Source: Bryobacteraceae bacterium
Lineage (GTDB): Bacteria > Acidobacteriota > Terriglobia > Bryobacterales > Bryobacteraceae
Length of the DNA: 24,000 bases
Direction: 5' to 3'
Assembly: GCA_049510555.1 (NCBI GenBank)
Contig: JBEKYW010000009.1
Location: forward strand, 42,651 to 66,650
Part shown: in pieces, positions 23,877-24,000 of the stretch
Layout: each line of letters starts with the position of its first letter
How positions within the stretch are numbered: position 1 is the stretch's first letter
Translations under genes and position numbers: made by a program
Notes under the pieces: generated by a model
What the model saw: the letters and a program-made list of their open reading frames with translations, nothing else
Database searches by the model: none
What the model was told of the DNA's origin: nothing

Positions 23877-24000
23877 CCGGCTTGCTCCCGCGCGAGCCAC
23901 CGGCCGGGATTCGAAATCTCATTGCACCCCGGACTTTCCGCCGGCTTCTTCATGACACCTCTTGCAGTTCCCTTTCATCTCAAACGCCATCCCGCCGGCC

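Noticed and set aside
23919-24000. Minus-strand frame open to the right edge, ending ...AGGMAFEMKGNCKRCHEEAGGKSGVQ-TGA. It contains a CxxCH haem-c-like motif and could be the 3' end of a cytochrome c gene.
   Set aside because: Only 27 codons are visible, and a single CxxCH can arise by chance. I cannot support a feature call without the sequence beyond the window.

Overview
This is a GC-rich, almost fully coding bacterial chromosomal segment. I support 24 protein genes and a few hairpins and promoter-like motifs. By eye I found no rRNA, tRNA, CRISPR array, transposase, integrase or phage gene, and the window reads as core or metabolic chromosome rather than an accessory island.

Gene order, left to right:
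- dinB 5' end (-)
- small membrane protein (-)
- PadR-regulated ABC-2 exporter, padR-ATPase-permease (-)
- motA-motB stator pair with its own sigma-28-like -10 box (-)
- second ABC-2 exporter, ATPase-permease (-)
- orphan B12-binding radical SAM enzyme (+)
- five-gene operon: CoA-transferase, 2-oxoacid:ferredoxin oxidoreductase (delta, alpha, fused beta-gamma), branched-chain aminotransferase (-)
- secreted protein made of an internal tandem duplication (+)
- GH29 alpha-L-fucosidase (-)
- rubrerythrin (-)
- class-V PLP enzyme resembling cysteine desulfurase (+)
- MFS transporter and acyl-CoA synthetase (-)
- small, very basic repeat protein (-)
- CocE/NonD hydrolase (+)

The gene content (PadR/ABC modules, secreted glycosidase and peptidase, OFOR plus rubrerythrin) fits a soil heterotroph such as an Acidobacteriota-like organism. 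That taxonomic placement is a guess I cannot test here.

I do not see a convincing new multi-gene defence or mobile system. The most interesting items are:
- the self-contained amino acid / 2-oxoacid / acyl-CoA / acid operon with an unusual beta-gamma fusion
- two family-less proteins with clear internal repeats (the secreted Cys-paired duplicated protein and the small K/R/A-rich repeat protein)
- the isolated motAB pair with an exact GCCGATAA box
- a radical SAM gene whose conserved N-terminus lies upstream of any canonical start codon
- a 95-bp convergent CDS overlap

Many long ORFs in the track are antisense shadow ORFs typical of GC-rich DNA, and I rejected them.
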